From positions 7,254 to 71,253 of the forward strand of contig JAPPNK010000029.1 in the NCBI GenBank assembly GCA_028818695.1: DNA of 64,000 nucleotides. The letters are read 5' to 3'. The notes under the pieces were generated by a model. It worked only from the letters and a program-made list of their open reading frames with translations, was not told where the DNA came from and made no database searches. Shown here one piece after another: positions 50,983 to 60,999 of this stretch. Made by a program: the position numbers and the translations under genes. The DNA comes from Candidatus Poribacteria bacterium. GTDB lineage: Bacteria; Poribacteria; WGA-4E; GCA-2687025. Position 1 is the stretch's first letter, and every line of letters begins with the position of its first letter.

Positions 50983-52323
50983 TTATGACGAATCCTCTTC
51001 GGAAGTTTCCGCGCTTTCGGCATGGCGCCGTCGCCGCCATTCTTGGAGACGCTTGCGTACCGCGTTTTCGGCTCCAACCGCCTTGGGTTCATAAAAGACG
51101 GTTCCGCGCATTTCACCGGGGAGATGTTGTTGGGGGAGAAATCCGTCCGGCGAATCATGCCCGTACCGGTATCCGTCCCCGTATCCGAGTTCGCGGTGGA
51201 ACTGCGTTGGGGCGTTGCGCAGATGCGTTGGCACAGGATAGGCGGGCAGGTCGCGCGCGGCTGCCTTTGCGGCGTTCAACCCGGCGTAGGAGGCGTTCGA
51301 CTTCGGCGCCGACGCGAGATAGGAAACGGCCTGCGCGAGACAGATCTGCGCTTCGGGCATGCCGACATACTCCACCGCATGCGCGGCCGAGGTTGCGATC
51401 GTAAGCCCGATGGGGTCCGCGTTTCCGATGTCCTCGCTGGCGGAGATGACAAGGCGCCGGGCGATGAACTTCGGGTCCTCCCCCGCCTGAATCATCCGCG
51501 CGAGCCAGTAGAGCGCTGCGTCGGGATCGCTCCCGCGTATCGATTTGATGAGCGCCGAGGCGAGCTCGTAATGGTTCTTGCCGACGGAGCGCCGTTTCAG
51601 CATATCGTTCAGCTGTTGAAGGCGGACGACGCGCCTGCCGTTCTGGACGGGAGCCGACGAAACAGCCGTTTCCAACATATTGAGCGCGGCGCGGGCGTCC
51701 CCTTCAGACGCCTGGCAAATGCGCTCTAGAACAGACGGCTCTACGTCGGGCGACAAGGGGGCAAGTCCTGTCGGCGCGTCCAGCGCGCGCTGGAGAGCCA
51801 GGCGTATATGGCGCGGCTCCAGCGGTTGAAGCGGAACGACCGGGGCGCGCGACAGCAGCGGCGCGATGATCTCAAACGAGGGGCTTTCCGCCGTCGCGCC
51901 GATGAGAATCACATCCCCCTGTTCAACATGCGGCAGAAGCGCGTCCTGCTGCGCTCTGTTGAACCGATGGATTTCGTCAATGAAAAGGATCGTCTGCCTG
52001 TTATGAAATTTGAGCCGTTCCTGGGCGAGGGCGATTTTTTGGCGCAGCTCGGCGGTTCCTTCGTTGGCGGCATGGAGCGTCTCAAAAGCGGCCTCGGAGC
52101 GGCGGGCGATGATCCTGGCGAGCGTCGTTTTGCCGCACCCTGGCGGACCCCAGAGAATCATGGAGCGGACATTCCCCTGTTCAATGTCGCGGCGGAGCGG
52201 CTTGCCTGGCGCCAGCAGGCTCTCCTGCCCGATGAACCCGTCAAAATCGAGAGGGCGCATGCGGGCGGCAAGCGGAACATTTGAACCGTTTTCATTTTTA
52301 AGGTCGAACAGGTCGAGGCTCAT
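50983..52323 (-). CDS. Replication-associated recombination protein A (AAA+ ATPase RarA/MgsA)
   Basis: LAARMRPLDFDGFIGQ, Walker A GPPGCGKTTLARIIA, Walker B LFIDEIHRFN and the C-terminal MgsA-type domain (HLRNAPT). The start ATG 52323 overlaps the nagA stop. Confidence 0.9.
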   Translation of the reverse strand: MSLDLFDLKNENGSNVPLAARMRPLDFDGFIGQESLLAPGKPLRRDIEQGNVRSMILWGPPGCGKTTLARIIARRSEAAFETLHAANEGTAELRQKIALAQERLKFHNRQTILFIDEIHRFNRAQQDALLPHVEQGDVILIGATAESPSFEIIAPLLSRAPVVPLQPLEPRHIRLALQRALDAPTGLAPLSPDVEPSVLERICQASEGDARAALNMLETAVSSAPVQNGRRVVRLQQLNDMLKRRSVGKNHYELASALIKSIRGSDPDAALYWLARMIQAGEDPKFIARRLVISASEDIGNADPIGLTIATSAAHAVEYVGMPEAQICLAQAVSYLASAPKSNASYAGLNAAKAAARDLPAYPVPTHLRNAPTQFHRELGYGDGYRYGHDSPDGFLPQQHLPGEMRGTVFYEPKAVGAENAVRKRLQEWRRRRHAESAETSEEDSS

Positions 52324-53510
52324 GTCCGCGCGTACGCCTCCCGTCCGGCGACAAAGGTGCGTTCCACTTTCCATTCTTCCGTGCTGAAAAGAACGACATC
52401 TGCCAATTTGCCAGCTTCCAGGCTGCCAATGCGCTTCTCTTCGCCCAGTATCGCCGCCGGCGTTGAAGAGGCCATGGCGACCGCGTCTCCTAAGGAAACC
52501 CCGATCAGCTCTACGGCGACGCGAACGGCATCGATCATCTGTATGACGGAGCCGGCGTAACCGGAGCCGTCTGGAGCCGTAGCGACTCCGTCTTTAACCA
52601 AAAAACGAAACCCTTCCTCTTTCCGTCCGAAGACATATTCGCCGTCGGGCATGCCGGAGGCGCGCGTCGCGTCCGTGATGACCGCCAGACCGCCTGCGCC
52701 CTTGCATTTGTATGCCAGCTGCATGAGTTCGGCGGGAAGATGCAGCCCGTCGGCGATGATTTCCGCAGTGATCTCGTCGAGAAGCAGAGCCGCCTCCACA
52801 ACGCCGCCGTACCGCGCCGGCGGAATTTTGACGACGCTTGACATAGCGTTGTAAAGATGCGTCGAATGGCGAAGACCCCATTTAACAGCCTGTTTCATTT
52901 GCGGGAAGGTCGCCTCGGAATGTCCCGCGCTGACGACGATGCCGCGCTCCGAAAAGGCGCGAATCAGATGCTCAGCGCCGGGCAGCTCCGGGGCAAGGGT
53001 GATCCATCGTATCTCGTCGGCGCAGGTCAGCAGTCGGCGCGTTTCGTCGGGGGACGGGTTGCGTATATGCTGTTTGAGGTGGCATCCGCGCCTGTTTGGG
53101 TGAAAGTATCCGCCTTCAATGTGGACGCCGAGCATTCGGGCGCCGTCCGCCTGTTGCGCGGCTTCTTGAACCGCCTCTATCATGCGCATCCAGTTCTCAA
53201 GCGAATCGGTGCCGAGGGCGGCGACGAGCGATGTCGTTCCCCCCGATGCGTGGAAGAGAGCGGCTTGGACGGCGGCGTTCGGGTCGGCGTCCATGAAATC
53301 GGCGCCGCCTCCGCCATGGACATGGACGTCCACAAAACCGGGAGAAACGATGAGTCCCGCGGCGTCAACCGCCTCCCATGGCCCGTTGTCGGGCGGCTTG
53401 TTTCCGATATGCGCGATGCGTTCGCCCTCTATCCAGAGCGTTCCGTCTTGGACGGTTTTGTTGGGGGCGATGACGGTTCCGCCATGTATTTTGAAGCGCC
53501 GTTGGGGCAT
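52320..53510 (-). CDS. nagA: N-acetylglucosamine-6-phosphate deacetylase
   Basis: GFVDVHVHGGGGADFMD, HIEGGYF and a HLYNAM-type region. The start ATG 53510 follows GGAG. Confidence 0.85.
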   Translation of the reverse strand: MPQRRFKIHGGTVIAPNKTVQDGTLWIEGERIAHIGNKPPDNGPWEAVDAAGLIVSPGFVDVHVHGGGGADFMDADPNAAVQAALFHASGGTTSLVAALGTDSLENWMRMIEAVQEAAQQADGARMLGVHIEGGYFHPNRRGCHLKQHIRNPSPDETRRLLTCADEIRWITLAPELPGAEHLIRAFSERGIVVSAGHSEATFPQMKQAVKWGLRHSTHLYNAMSSVVKIPPARYGGVVEAALLLDEITAEIIADGLHLPAELMQLAYKCKGAGGLAVITDATRASGMPDGEYVFGRKEEGFRFLVKDGVATAPDGSGYAGSVIQMIDAVRVAVELIGVSLGDAVAMASSTPAAILGEEKRIGSLEAGKLADVVLFSTEEWKVERTFVAGREAYART

Positions 53511-53665
53511 ATTTGCTCCGTCTTGGATGCTTGGATTGATGTACATAGTTTAGCGCATTGGGCGCATGCTTGCATCGATTCAGCTTGCGGCAGCCTCCGA
53601 GCAGCTGTACCATCAAGGGAGCCGTATCCGCCGCGCATCGTTTTCATTTAATAAAGGAGATGATC

Positions 53666-55831
53666 ATGAAGCGGTCAACGTTCTTTGTATTTTCGGCTTG
53701 GTTCGCAGTTGCGCAGCTTGCGGTCGACAGCGCCGCGCAAAGGGAGATCGGATGGCATCCTGGGCCGGCGCATGATGTGGAATTCTCGCCGGATGGAAAG
53801 ACGCTCGCCAGCGCCGGCAGAGACCATACCGTCCGCCTATGGGACGTCTCAACAGGCGAACCTATAGCGGCGCTGAGGGGCCATACACACTGGGTTTATG
53901 CGATCGCGTTTTCACCGGACAACAGGACGCTTGCAAGCGGCGGATGGAACAAAGAGGTACGGATCTGGAACGCCGCAACGGGACAAGCGGCGTCGGTCAT
54001 AAATGTCAATATCTATGCGGTTAGTGCGCTTGCCTTTTCGCCGGACGGAAAAACGCTCGCTGTCGCCGGTTCCGGGATCTCCGATGACGTAGAGCTATGG
54101 GATGTTTCGACAGGCAAACTGATTGCAGCATTGGAAGGACATATAGACGAGATAAACGCGCTTGCCTTTTCGCCGGACGGAAAAACGCTCGCTGCCGCCG
54201 GATGGGATGAGATCGTGCGCATATGGGATGTTTCGACAAGCAAACTGATTGCAGCATTGGAAGGGCATACAGACGAGATAAACGCGCTTGCCTTTTCGCC
54301 GGACGGAAAAACGCTCACCAGCGGAAGCCGCGACAACACAATACGGCTCTGGGACGCACCCACATGGACGCACAAAGGGACGATTGAGTCGCCATGGTTG
54401 TGGATCAAAACGCTCGCGTTTTCGCCGGATGGAAAGACGCTTTTAGGCGCCAGCGCGAGCAGAATATATCTCTGGGATATGGAGAACGGCGGACTGAAGC
54501 AGACCATCGAAGGCAGTAGAGGGCTTACGGATGCGGTCGCCTTTTCTCCAGACGGGCTGCATTTTGCCAGCGCGGACGGGAGGGGCGTTCTTCTTTGGTA
54601 CGCTAAGACGGGGCGATTGAAGAAGGAGCTGAACGGACATGCCAGCTTCGTTGACACGATCGCCTTTTCGCGGGACGGCAGGACGCTGGTCAGCGTGGGG
54701 CGGTGGGACCGTTACGCGCGCGCTTGGAATCTCTCGACAGGAAAACAAAAAATTGAAGTGGGAGAAGGCATCTTCTGGATGAACGCCATGGCGCTGTCGC
54801 CGGATAGCGCCGTTATCGCCCTCGCTGTCATCAACACAATCACACTCTGGACCATGGAGACCGGGGCGCTCGAAACAACGATGAGGCTCAACGAGTCGAG
54901 TTTCCCGTATTCGCTGGCGTTTTCGCCGTTCAATCAAACGCTCGCGAGCGGGGACGACGACGGAAATGTGCATCTTTGGAACCCGAGATCGGGGGCGCGC
55001 ATCGGAACGCTGAAAGGGCATTCGTCGACGGTCCGAGCGCTTGCGTATTCTCCAGACGGAAAGACGCTCGCAAGCGGAAGCTCCGACGCAACGGCGCGAC
55101 TCTGGGGAACGTCGACGCGCCAGCTGAAGGCGACTCTGCTGGGGCATTCAGGCGTCATAAATGCGCTCGCCTTTTCGCCTGACAATAAGACGCTGGCGAC
55201 CGGAAGCAACGATGCAACGATACGGCTCTGGGACGGCGAAACGGGCGCGCTCAAAGCGACGTTGGCGGAGCATTCAGCGCCTGTCAACGCGCTCGCCTTT
55301 TCGCCCGACGGCAGAACGCTCGCAAGCGGCAGCTCCGACGGGGCAATACAGCTCTGGGACCCTGCCGCGGGCGCGCTGAAAGGCTCTATCAATGAGTTTG
55401 AATACGGCGTCTATTCGCTGGCGTTTTCAAAAGACGGATGGACGCTGGCGGTCGGCGGAGGGGACGGGTTCATTCGGCTGCGCAGCATGCGCACAGGCGT
55501 CCTATGGGCGAAAACGAAGCAGCCCTCATCCGGTCAGTTTCAGACGGCGCTTTTGGCGAATTACCCGAATCCGTTCAACCCTGAAACATGGATTCCGTTC
55601 GATCTGGCGGAGCCGAGCCGAGTTCGGATATGGATCTACAACGCGCGGGGAGAGACGGTGCGCGTACTGGATATGGGCAAGCTGCCGGCAGGCTCATACC
55701 GCAGCCGAGACTCCGCCGCCCGATGGGACGGAAGGGACGCCTTAGGCGCGCCTGCCGCCAGCGGGGCGTATTTTGTTCGCATAGAGGCGGGTTCGTTCAC
55801 AGCTATTCGGAGAATGGTTTTGTTAAAGTAA
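53666..55831 (+). CDS. Secreted WD40-repeat protein (about 14 blades) with T9SS/FlgD-Ig-like C-terminal tail
   Basis: ATG 53666 follows AAAGGAGA. Signal peptide MKRSTFFVFSAWFAVAQLAV. About 14 units of the form (FSPDGKTLASGS.D.T(I/V)RLWD). The C-terminus reads YPNPFNPETWIPF...YFVRIEAG...MVLLK. Confidence 0.85.
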   Translation: MKRSTFFVFSAWFAVAQLAVDSAAQREIGWHPGPAHDVEFSPDGKTLASAGRDHTVRLWDVSTGEPIAALRGHTHWVYAIAFSPDNRTLASGGWNKEVRIWNAATGQAASVINVNIYAVSALAFSPDGKTLAVAGSGISDDVELWDVSTGKLIAALEGHIDEINALAFSPDGKTLAAAGWDEIVRIWDVSTSKLIAALEGHTDEINALAFSPDGKTLTSGSRDNTIRLWDAPTWTHKGTIESPWLWIKTLAFSPDGKTLLGASASRIYLWDMENGGLKQTIEGSRGLTDAVAFSPDGLHFASADGRGVLLWYAKTGRLKKELNGHASFVDTIAFSRDGRTLVSVGRWDRYARAWNLSTGKQKIEVGEGIFWMNAMALSPDSAVIALAVINTITLWTMETGALETTMRLNESSFPYSLAFSPFNQTLASGDDDGNVHLWNPRSGARIGTLKGHSSTVRALAYSPDGKTLASGSSDATARLWGTSTRQLKATLLGHSGVINALAFSPDNKTLATGSNDATIRLWDGETGALKATLAEHSAPVNALAFSPDGRTLASGSSDGAIQLWDPAAGALKGSINEFEYGVYSLAFSKDGWTLAVGGGDGFIRLRSMRTGVLWAKTKQPSSGQFQTALLANYPNPFNPETWIPFDLAEPSRVRIWIYNARGETVRVLDMGKLPAGSYRSRDSAARWDGRDALGAPAASGAYFVRIEAGSFTAIRRMVLLK
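54026..54316 (+). repeat. Near-identical tandem DNA repeats (132 + 126 bp + partial) within the WD40 gene
   Basis: GCGCTTGCCTTTTCGCCGGACGGAAAAACGCTC occurs three times (54026, 54158, 54284). A stretch of about 65 nt (TGGGATGTTTCGACA.GCAAACTGATTGCAGCATTGGAAGG.CATA.AGACGAGATAAAC) occurs twice with 3 mismatches. Other blades of the same gene use different codons. Confidence 0.8.
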
Positions 55832-55983
55832 GGCGGAAAGGTTGCGCGGTTGAAGAGGAGCGATCAAACAGGTCGGCGCCTCTTGGACGGCGAACGCCGC
55901 CGAGGAATATGTAACGCGGACAACCGCCGGCGGGTATGCATCATGACGCTAACCGTCCCATCAAAACAACGACAGGGAGCCGC

Positions 55984-56298
55984 ATGCGAGAAGGCGAATA
56001 CAAAAACGGCAAGAAACACGGCGTTTGGAAAATCTACCACCGAAACGGCGCGCTCAAAAGCGAGGCGACCTTCCACGAAGGCAAATACGCGGGTTACTAC
56101 TGCGCATACCACGACAACGGGCAAAAGTTCCGAGAAGGGCATTACGCCGAGATACAGGGCAACTCGCGCGACGGGCGCAAGGAAGGCGCGTGGACGCAAT
56201 ACCGCCGAGACGGAACGCCCGAAGTGCGCGTCGTTTACGACCGCGGGAGAGTCGTTGAGCGCGTCTATTTGACGCAGGAGAGCGGCGGCGGGGAGTAA
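55984..56298 (+). CDS. MORN-repeat variant (YwqK-like) protein
   Basis: Repeated G.YKNGKKHG.W..Y..NG-type units (EGEYKNGKKHGVWKIYHRNG, EGKYAGYYCAYHDNG, DGRKEGAWTQYRRDG). The start is uncertain (55936 or 55984). Confidence 0.6.
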   Translation: MREGEYKNGKKHGVWKIYHRNGALKSEATFHEGKYAGYYCAYHDNGQKFREGHYAEIQGNSRDGRKEGAWTQYRRDGTPEVRVVYDRGRVVERVYLTQESGGGE

Positions 56299-56305
56299 GC
56301 CGTCC

Positions 56306-57109
56306 TCAGCGCGCCTGCAGTTTTAATGCCGCCCATCGGGACGCCAGCTTCCCTTTTGGGCTGACGCTCAGCGCGCCCTCTAAGCCTTCGTTCATGATCT
56401 CTCCCACCTCCTCCTGCGAGAGGACGCGGTCGAACACAAAAACGTCGTCGACATAGCCTGTCATCGGCCATCTGCCGGCGCTTTCGCCGGTTCCGACCAG
56501 CAGCGGCGTCGCCAGCTCAGGAAGCGGGTCGCTCGCCGGGACATTCTCATGGATGTTTTCGCCGTCCATGTAGATGAATACCTTGTCGTCGCCGATCGTC
56601 ATCACATAATGGTACCAGCGCTCCTCTTCAACGGTGAACCCATGCACGGCGACATCCTTATGCGTCCCGGCGTCAAAAAACGGCAGGAAGTCTGGGTTCA
56701 CCATGATTCGGTACTGGCAGCAATTGCCGGGCGGAGTACCTTTGCCGCCTTCGCTTCCGCTCAGGATGCCCTCGTAGTCTAAGTGATTTGTCAAGTAGAA
56801 CCATGCGCCCATGCTGATCGCGTTGTTCGGCAGGGACGAGAACACATTGTCCGCCGCCATGTGGGACTGCCCGCCCGTAAACTCAACCGCGAAGCCGCCG
56901 GTGGGGGCGTCCGCGCCTTTATACCAGTCGGCGCCGTTCAGCGTTCCATGGTACCCGTTGTCTGAAATGTCTTTAACCTCGTCGCCATCTCCTTCGTTCA
57001 TCGGATAGGCGGCAATGAGACCCTCGGAGTCGAGCGCGGAAGCGGCGGACGCCATGCTCATCAAAACCGCGAAAACCGAGGCGGCGCAGATCGTTAATCC
57101 GTATCGCAT
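56306..57109 (-). CDS. Secreted LamG/concanavalin-A-like lectin domain protein
   Basis: Signal peptide MRYGLTICAASVFAVLMSMASAASA. LIAAYPMNEGDGDEVKDISDNGYHGTLNGA and ISMGAWFY are typical of Laminin_G_3-type domains. Confidence 0.75.
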   Translation of the reverse strand: MRYGLTICAASVFAVLMSMASAASALDSEGLIAAYPMNEGDGDEVKDISDNGYHGTLNGADWYKGADAPTGGFAVEFTGGQSHMAADNVFSSLPNNAISMGAWFYLTNHLDYEGILSGSEGGKGTPPGNCCQYRIMVNPDFLPFFDAGTHKDVAVHGFTVEEERWYHYVMTIGDDKVFIYMDGENIHENVPASDPLPELATPLLVGTGESAGRWPMTGYVDDVFVFDRVLSQEEVGEIMNEGLEGALSVSPKGKLASRWAALKLQAR

Positions 57110-57196
57110 TCAATTCTCCTATTCACTTATGCTGTTTATCCGTTGGGCGCATGGTAACGGAATCGATTGCTCGGCGCAAGCAGGCCGTTTCGGCGC

Positions 57197-58108
57197 TCAT
57201 TCTCGATAGCCGAATTCGCGGAGCGATTGTTCGTTGTCGCGCCAGCGGCGGCGGACGCCGACATAAAGCTCTAGGAAAACAGGTCCGCCTAGAAACGTCT
57301 CAATGTCTTTTCGGGCGGCTGTCCCGATCTCTTTTAACATGGAGCCGCCTTTTCCGATCATGATGCGCTTCTGCGTCGGGCGCTCAACATAGATCGCAAC
57401 GCGGATGTACGTGCGGCTCGCGCCCGTCTCTTGAACGCACTCTTCAACAACGACCGAGGAGGCGTAAGGAGCTTCCTGCCGCGTCTTCAAAAACACCTTC
57501 TCCCGCACCGTTTCCGCGATGAAAAAACGTTCCGGCAGGTCGCTCAACTGATCAAGCGGAAAGAGAGGCGGACTCGGCGGCAGCAGCTGCTCAACTGCGT
57601 TTGTCAACCTGTCCAGCCCGTCCCGCCGCAGCGCCGAGATCGGCGTCATCTCCACAAACTGCTCCCGCGCTGCGCACATCTCCAAAATCGGCAGCAGCAG
57701 CGGTTTATAGACGCGGTCGACCTTGTTGAGTGCTAGGACCATCGGCGCTTTCAGGGCGCGCAGCCCGTCTAGGATCTCCCAGTCCGGCTCGCGCCGTTTC
57801 GCCGAGGCGTCCATCGCATAGACGGCAACGTCCGCGCCCTTCGCCGCGTCGTAAGCCGCCTTCACCATCTGCTCCTGCAGTCGGTAGCGCGGGGGGAAGA
57901 TGCCGGGGGTGTCCAGATAGATCATCTGCGCCGTTTCGGTTGTCTGAATGGCGGAGATGCGGTGGCGCGTCGTTTGCGGCTTGTCCGTCACAGCCGCCAG
58001 CTTGTGGTCGACAAGCGCATTTAAAAGCGTCGACTTGCCGACATTCGGCCTGCCGATGATGGAGACATAGCCGGCGCGGTAATCTTTGGGATGAGCGTTT
58101 TCGTTCAT
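57197..58108 (-). CDS. era: GTPase Era
   Basis: G1 motif GRPNVGKSTL, G2 TTRH, G3 DTPG, G4 NKVD, and a C-terminal KH domain (IGKGGSMLKEIG). Confidence 0.9.
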   Translation of the reverse strand: MNENAHPKDYRAGYVSIIGRPNVGKSTLLNALVDHKLAAVTDKPQTTRHRISAIQTTETAQMIYLDTPGIFPPRYRLQEQMVKAAYDAAKGADVAVYAMDASAKRREPDWEILDGLRALKAPMVLALNKVDRVYKPLLLPILEMCAAREQFVEMTPISALRRDGLDRLTNAVEQLLPPSPPLFPLDQLSDLPERFFIAETVREKVFLKTRQEAPYASSVVVEECVQETGASRTYIRVAIYVERPTQKRIMIGKGGSMLKEIGTAARKDIETFLGGPVFLELYVGVRRRWRDNEQSLREFGYRE

Positions 58109-58200
58109 AGACTCGCTGCGCTTGTTTATAACATGATACCGGAAACACCGCCGGTTTGCTTGCCTTTTTGAAAGCGGCGGCGCATACTATAAGCAAGCGA

Positions 58201-58278
58201 GGCGGACGTAGCTCAGCTGGTTAGAGCTCCTGACTGTGGATCAGGAGGTCGGGGGTTCGAATCCCCTCGTTCGCCCCA
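58201..58278 (+). tRNA. tRNA-His (anticodon GTG), with encoded G-1 and CCA
   Basis: The cloverleaf can be drawn by hand. The acceptor stem is GCGGACG/CGTTCGC, the D arm is GCTC-AGCTGGTTA-GAGC, and the anticodon arm is CCTGA-CTGTGGA-TCAGG. The T arm is GGGGG-TTCGAAT-CCCCT. An extra 5' G opposite discriminator C73 is the tRNA-His hallmark. Confidence 0.85.
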
Positions 58279-58342
58279 ACTTTCCATACGCCGGTCAAGC
58301 CAGCAGTATGGAGTATGCTGATCAAGGACACGGAACCGCCCG

Positions 58343-59548
58343 ATGACTCATACGAACGCATCTGTTAAAGCGCAGGCATCGCAATATATCATCAACACCT
58401 ACGGAGAAGCGCGTACTCTCGCCCTTGTGCGGGGAGAGGGACCGTATGTTTGGGACGCCGACGGCCGGCGCTATCTTGATTTTCTCGGCGGGCTTGCCGT
58501 CAACGCTCTCGGACATTGTCATCCGAACGTTGTGGACGCGCTTCAAAAGCAAGCCGCCCAGCTGATTCATTGCTCCAACCTGTACTACATTGAGCCGCAG
58601 GCGCGCTTGGGACAGCGTCTTGTTGAAAACTCGTTCGCCGACAAAGGCTTCTTCTGCAACAGCGGAGCCGAAGCGAACGAAGCGGCGATCAAACTCGCCC
58701 GAAAATACGCCAAGGATCAAGGCAATCCCGACAAGACGACCGTCATCACAATGAAGCAGTCGTTCCACGGGCGCACCATCGCCACCGTGACGGCGACTGG
58801 GCAGCCGAAGTACCATGTCGGTTTTGAGCCGCTCGCGCCTGGGTTCACGATCATTCCGTTCGACGATCTGGACGCGGCGCGCGAGACGGTCGACGAAACG
58901 GTCTGCGCCGTTCTTGTGGAGCCGATCCAGTCGGAGGGCGGCGTGAACGAGCCAGCGCATGGGTATCTCGCAGGTTTGCGCGAGATATGCGACGCCCAAG
59001 GCGCGCTGCTGATTCTAGACGAGGTCCAGACCGCGATGGGTCGTCTCGGAACGCTTTGGGGTTATGAGGCATACGGCGTTCAGCCCGACATCGTCTCGTT
59101 GGCGAAGGCGCTGGGCGGGGGCGCGCCGATCGGAGCCATTCTCACAACCGACAAGATCGCCGAAAGCTTTGGACCGGGGACGCACGCTTCCACCTTTGGC
59201 GGAAATCCGCTCTGCGCCGCCGCCGCAGACGCTTCGTTCAAAACCGTCCTGGATGAAAACCTTGCCGCCAACGCCGCTGAAATGGGCGGCTACCTAGAAA
59301 AGCGCATGCTGGCGCTTCAGGATTCGTTCGATTGCGTCAAAGGGATGCGCGGGCGGGGTCTGCTGCGCGGGCTGGAGGTCTCCATCGACGGGAACGCGCT
59401 CGCCTCCGAATGCATCGAAAACGGCCTCATCAGCATCTGCACAAACAACCATATACTGCGCTTTCTGCCGCCGCTCAACATCGAGAAAACGCATGTGGAG
59501 GAGGCGGCCGACATTGTTGAACAGTCGCTTCGGAGCCTTTTAAAATGA
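58343..59548 (+). CDS. argD: Acetylornithine aminotransferase (class-III PLP aminotransferase)
   Basis: NTYGEARTLALVRGEGPYVWDADGRRYLDFLGGLAVNALGHCHP, FFCNSGAEANEAAIKLARKY, DEVQTAMGRLG and a SLAKALGGG Lys region. Confidence 0.8.
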   Translation: MTHTNASVKAQASQYIINTYGEARTLALVRGEGPYVWDADGRRYLDFLGGLAVNALGHCHPNVVDALQKQAAQLIHCSNLYYIEPQARLGQRLVENSFADKGFFCNSGAEANEAAIKLARKYAKDQGNPDKTTVITMKQSFHGRTIATVTATGQPKYHVGFEPLAPGFTIIPFDDLDAARETVDETVCAVLVEPIQSEGGVNEPAHGYLAGLREICDAQGALLILDEVQTAMGRLGTLWGYEAYGVQPDIVSLAKALGGGAPIGAILTTDKIAESFGPGTHASTFGGNPLCAAAADASFKTVLDENLAANAAEMGGYLEKRMLALQDSFDCVKGMRGRGLLRGLEVSIDGNALASECIENGLISICTNNHILRFLPPLNIEKTHVEEAADIVEQSLRSLLK

Positions 59549-60972
59549 ACCGCGTCAGGAATTGGACAGCATTTGCGGCTTGTCTTTTCTGTTTTATGTT
59601 GATGGGCGGATCGGCAGCGCTTGCCGGTCCCGCCGAAGACATCGCCGCGACGCGCAGCAACGCCATTGTCAACGCCATTGAACGGGCGGGACCGACCGTT
59701 GTCAGCATCCGCGCCGTCCGCGAGACGACGGTCGATCCGGCGTTCTACATGTTTTTTGACATGTTCGGTCCGCGCAGCCGTTCGCCGCGCAGGCTTGAAC
59801 GCAACTACAGGTCGGTTTACGGCTCAGGCGTGATCATTAACGGGCGCGAGGGTTACGTTCTCACGAATGAGCATGTCGTTTCGGACGCCGTTGCGATTGA
59901 GGTGACGCTTCAAGACGGGCGCGTTTTCAGCGAGGCGCGTCTGGTCGGCGCAGACTCCGTGAGCGACCTTGCAGTTCTCAAGATCGACGCGCGGGATCTG
60001 CCTGAAGCGATACTGGGCGATTCGGACGCGCTCAAGATCGGCGAATGGGCGATCGCTATCGGCAACCCGTTCGGCAGGCAGGTGCGCGACCTGAAGCCGA
60101 CCGTGACTGTCGGCGTCGTCAGCGCGTCGAACCGCGTCGTCGGCATCGGCGGCAGATCCTATTACAACCTGATTCAAACGGACGCATCGGTGAACCCCGG
60201 CAACAGCGGCGGACCGCTTGTGAACGCCGCGGGCGAGGTGATTGGGGTCAACACCTTTATTTTCACCTCCGGGAGCAACGGCTCGCACGGCGTCAACTTC
60301 GCCATCTCCATTAACACCGCCAAAAAGGTCATCCGATCGCTCATTGAACGCGGGAAGGTGGCGGAGCCTTGGATTGGGGCGACTTACGCCAACATGACGC
60401 CCGCCGCCGCCGAAGAGCTCGGGGCGGCGTCAAGCGAAGGCGCCATTCTCCTGTATGCGCAAAAAGGCGGACCGGCTGAAAAAGCGGGTCTTCAAAGAGG
60501 CGACCTGATTGTTGAGATCAACGGGCAAAAGGTGTATTCTAAGACCGACGCCTTCGTCATTCTGCGCCTCATTGCGCCGTATGAATCGGCGTTGATCGCT
60601 TATGAACGGGGCGGACAAATGCGCGAGACGCAGCTGATTCCAGAGGCGCTTCCCTCCGGCTATGTCTTTTTCGGCGCTTCGGTTCAAGACGCCGCATCTT
60701 CGGCGATTTTCAACAACCGCGCCGTTCAAGGCGTTGTTGTAGAGAAGGTGGAGAAAGGCAGCGTGTTTCAAGATGTCTTGAAAAAGGGCGATATTCTCAC
60801 GCAGGCCGCGCTCTTGGAAAGGGACCAGTACGGAAGAACCGTCGCCAAACGCTTTGATCTGAACTCAGTGGAGGACCTGCGCGGCTTAGAGAATCAGGTT
60901 TCCTACGGCGAACCGATGCGCGTGCGGGTGATCCGCGGAAACGAAGTTGAAACATACGACGTACGCATTTAG
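59545..60972 (+). CDS. HtrA/DegP-family periplasmic serine protease (trypsin-like S1C + PDZ)
   Basis: Signal peptide, TNEHVV (His), DLAVLKI (Asp) and GNSGGPLVN (Ser), with a PDZ-like GLQRGDLIVEINGQKV. The ATG overlaps the argD stop. Confidence 0.9.
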   Translation: MNRVRNWTAFAACLFCFMLMGGSAALAGPAEDIAATRSNAIVNAIERAGPTVVSIRAVRETTVDPAFYMFFDMFGPRSRSPRRLERNYRSVYGSGVIINGREGYVLTNEHVVSDAVAIEVTLQDGRVFSEARLVGADSVSDLAVLKIDARDLPEAILGDSDALKIGEWAIAIGNPFGRQVRDLKPTVTVGVVSASNRVVGIGGRSYYNLIQTDASVNPGNSGGPLVNAAGEVIGVNTFIFTSGSNGSHGVNFAISINTAKKVIRSLIERGKVAEPWIGATYANMTPAAAEELGAASSEGAILLYAQKGGPAEKAGLQRGDLIVEINGQKVYSKTDAFVILRLIAPYESALIAYERGGQMRETQLIPEALPSGYVFFGASVQDAASSAIFNNRAVQGVVVEKVEKGSVFQDVLKKGDILTQAALLERDQYGRTVAKRFDLNSVEDLRGLENQVSYGEPMRVRVIRGNEVETYDVRI

Positions 60973-60999
60973 AATGTCCGTGTAAAGGAGGATGACCGC

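Noticed and set aside
54026-54316. Possible CRISPR array suggested by regularly spaced identical ~33-nt segments
   Set aside because: The repeats are in frame within a WD40 coding sequence, and the 'spacers' are homologous to each other. No cas genes are present. The 21-bp tandem at 46570 is likewise coding.
58109-58342. tRNA-His as a possible integration hotspot (genomic island attachment site)
   Set aside because: No integrase, direct repeat of the tRNA 3' end, or compositional shift lies adjacent. The flanking genes (era, argD) are housekeeping.
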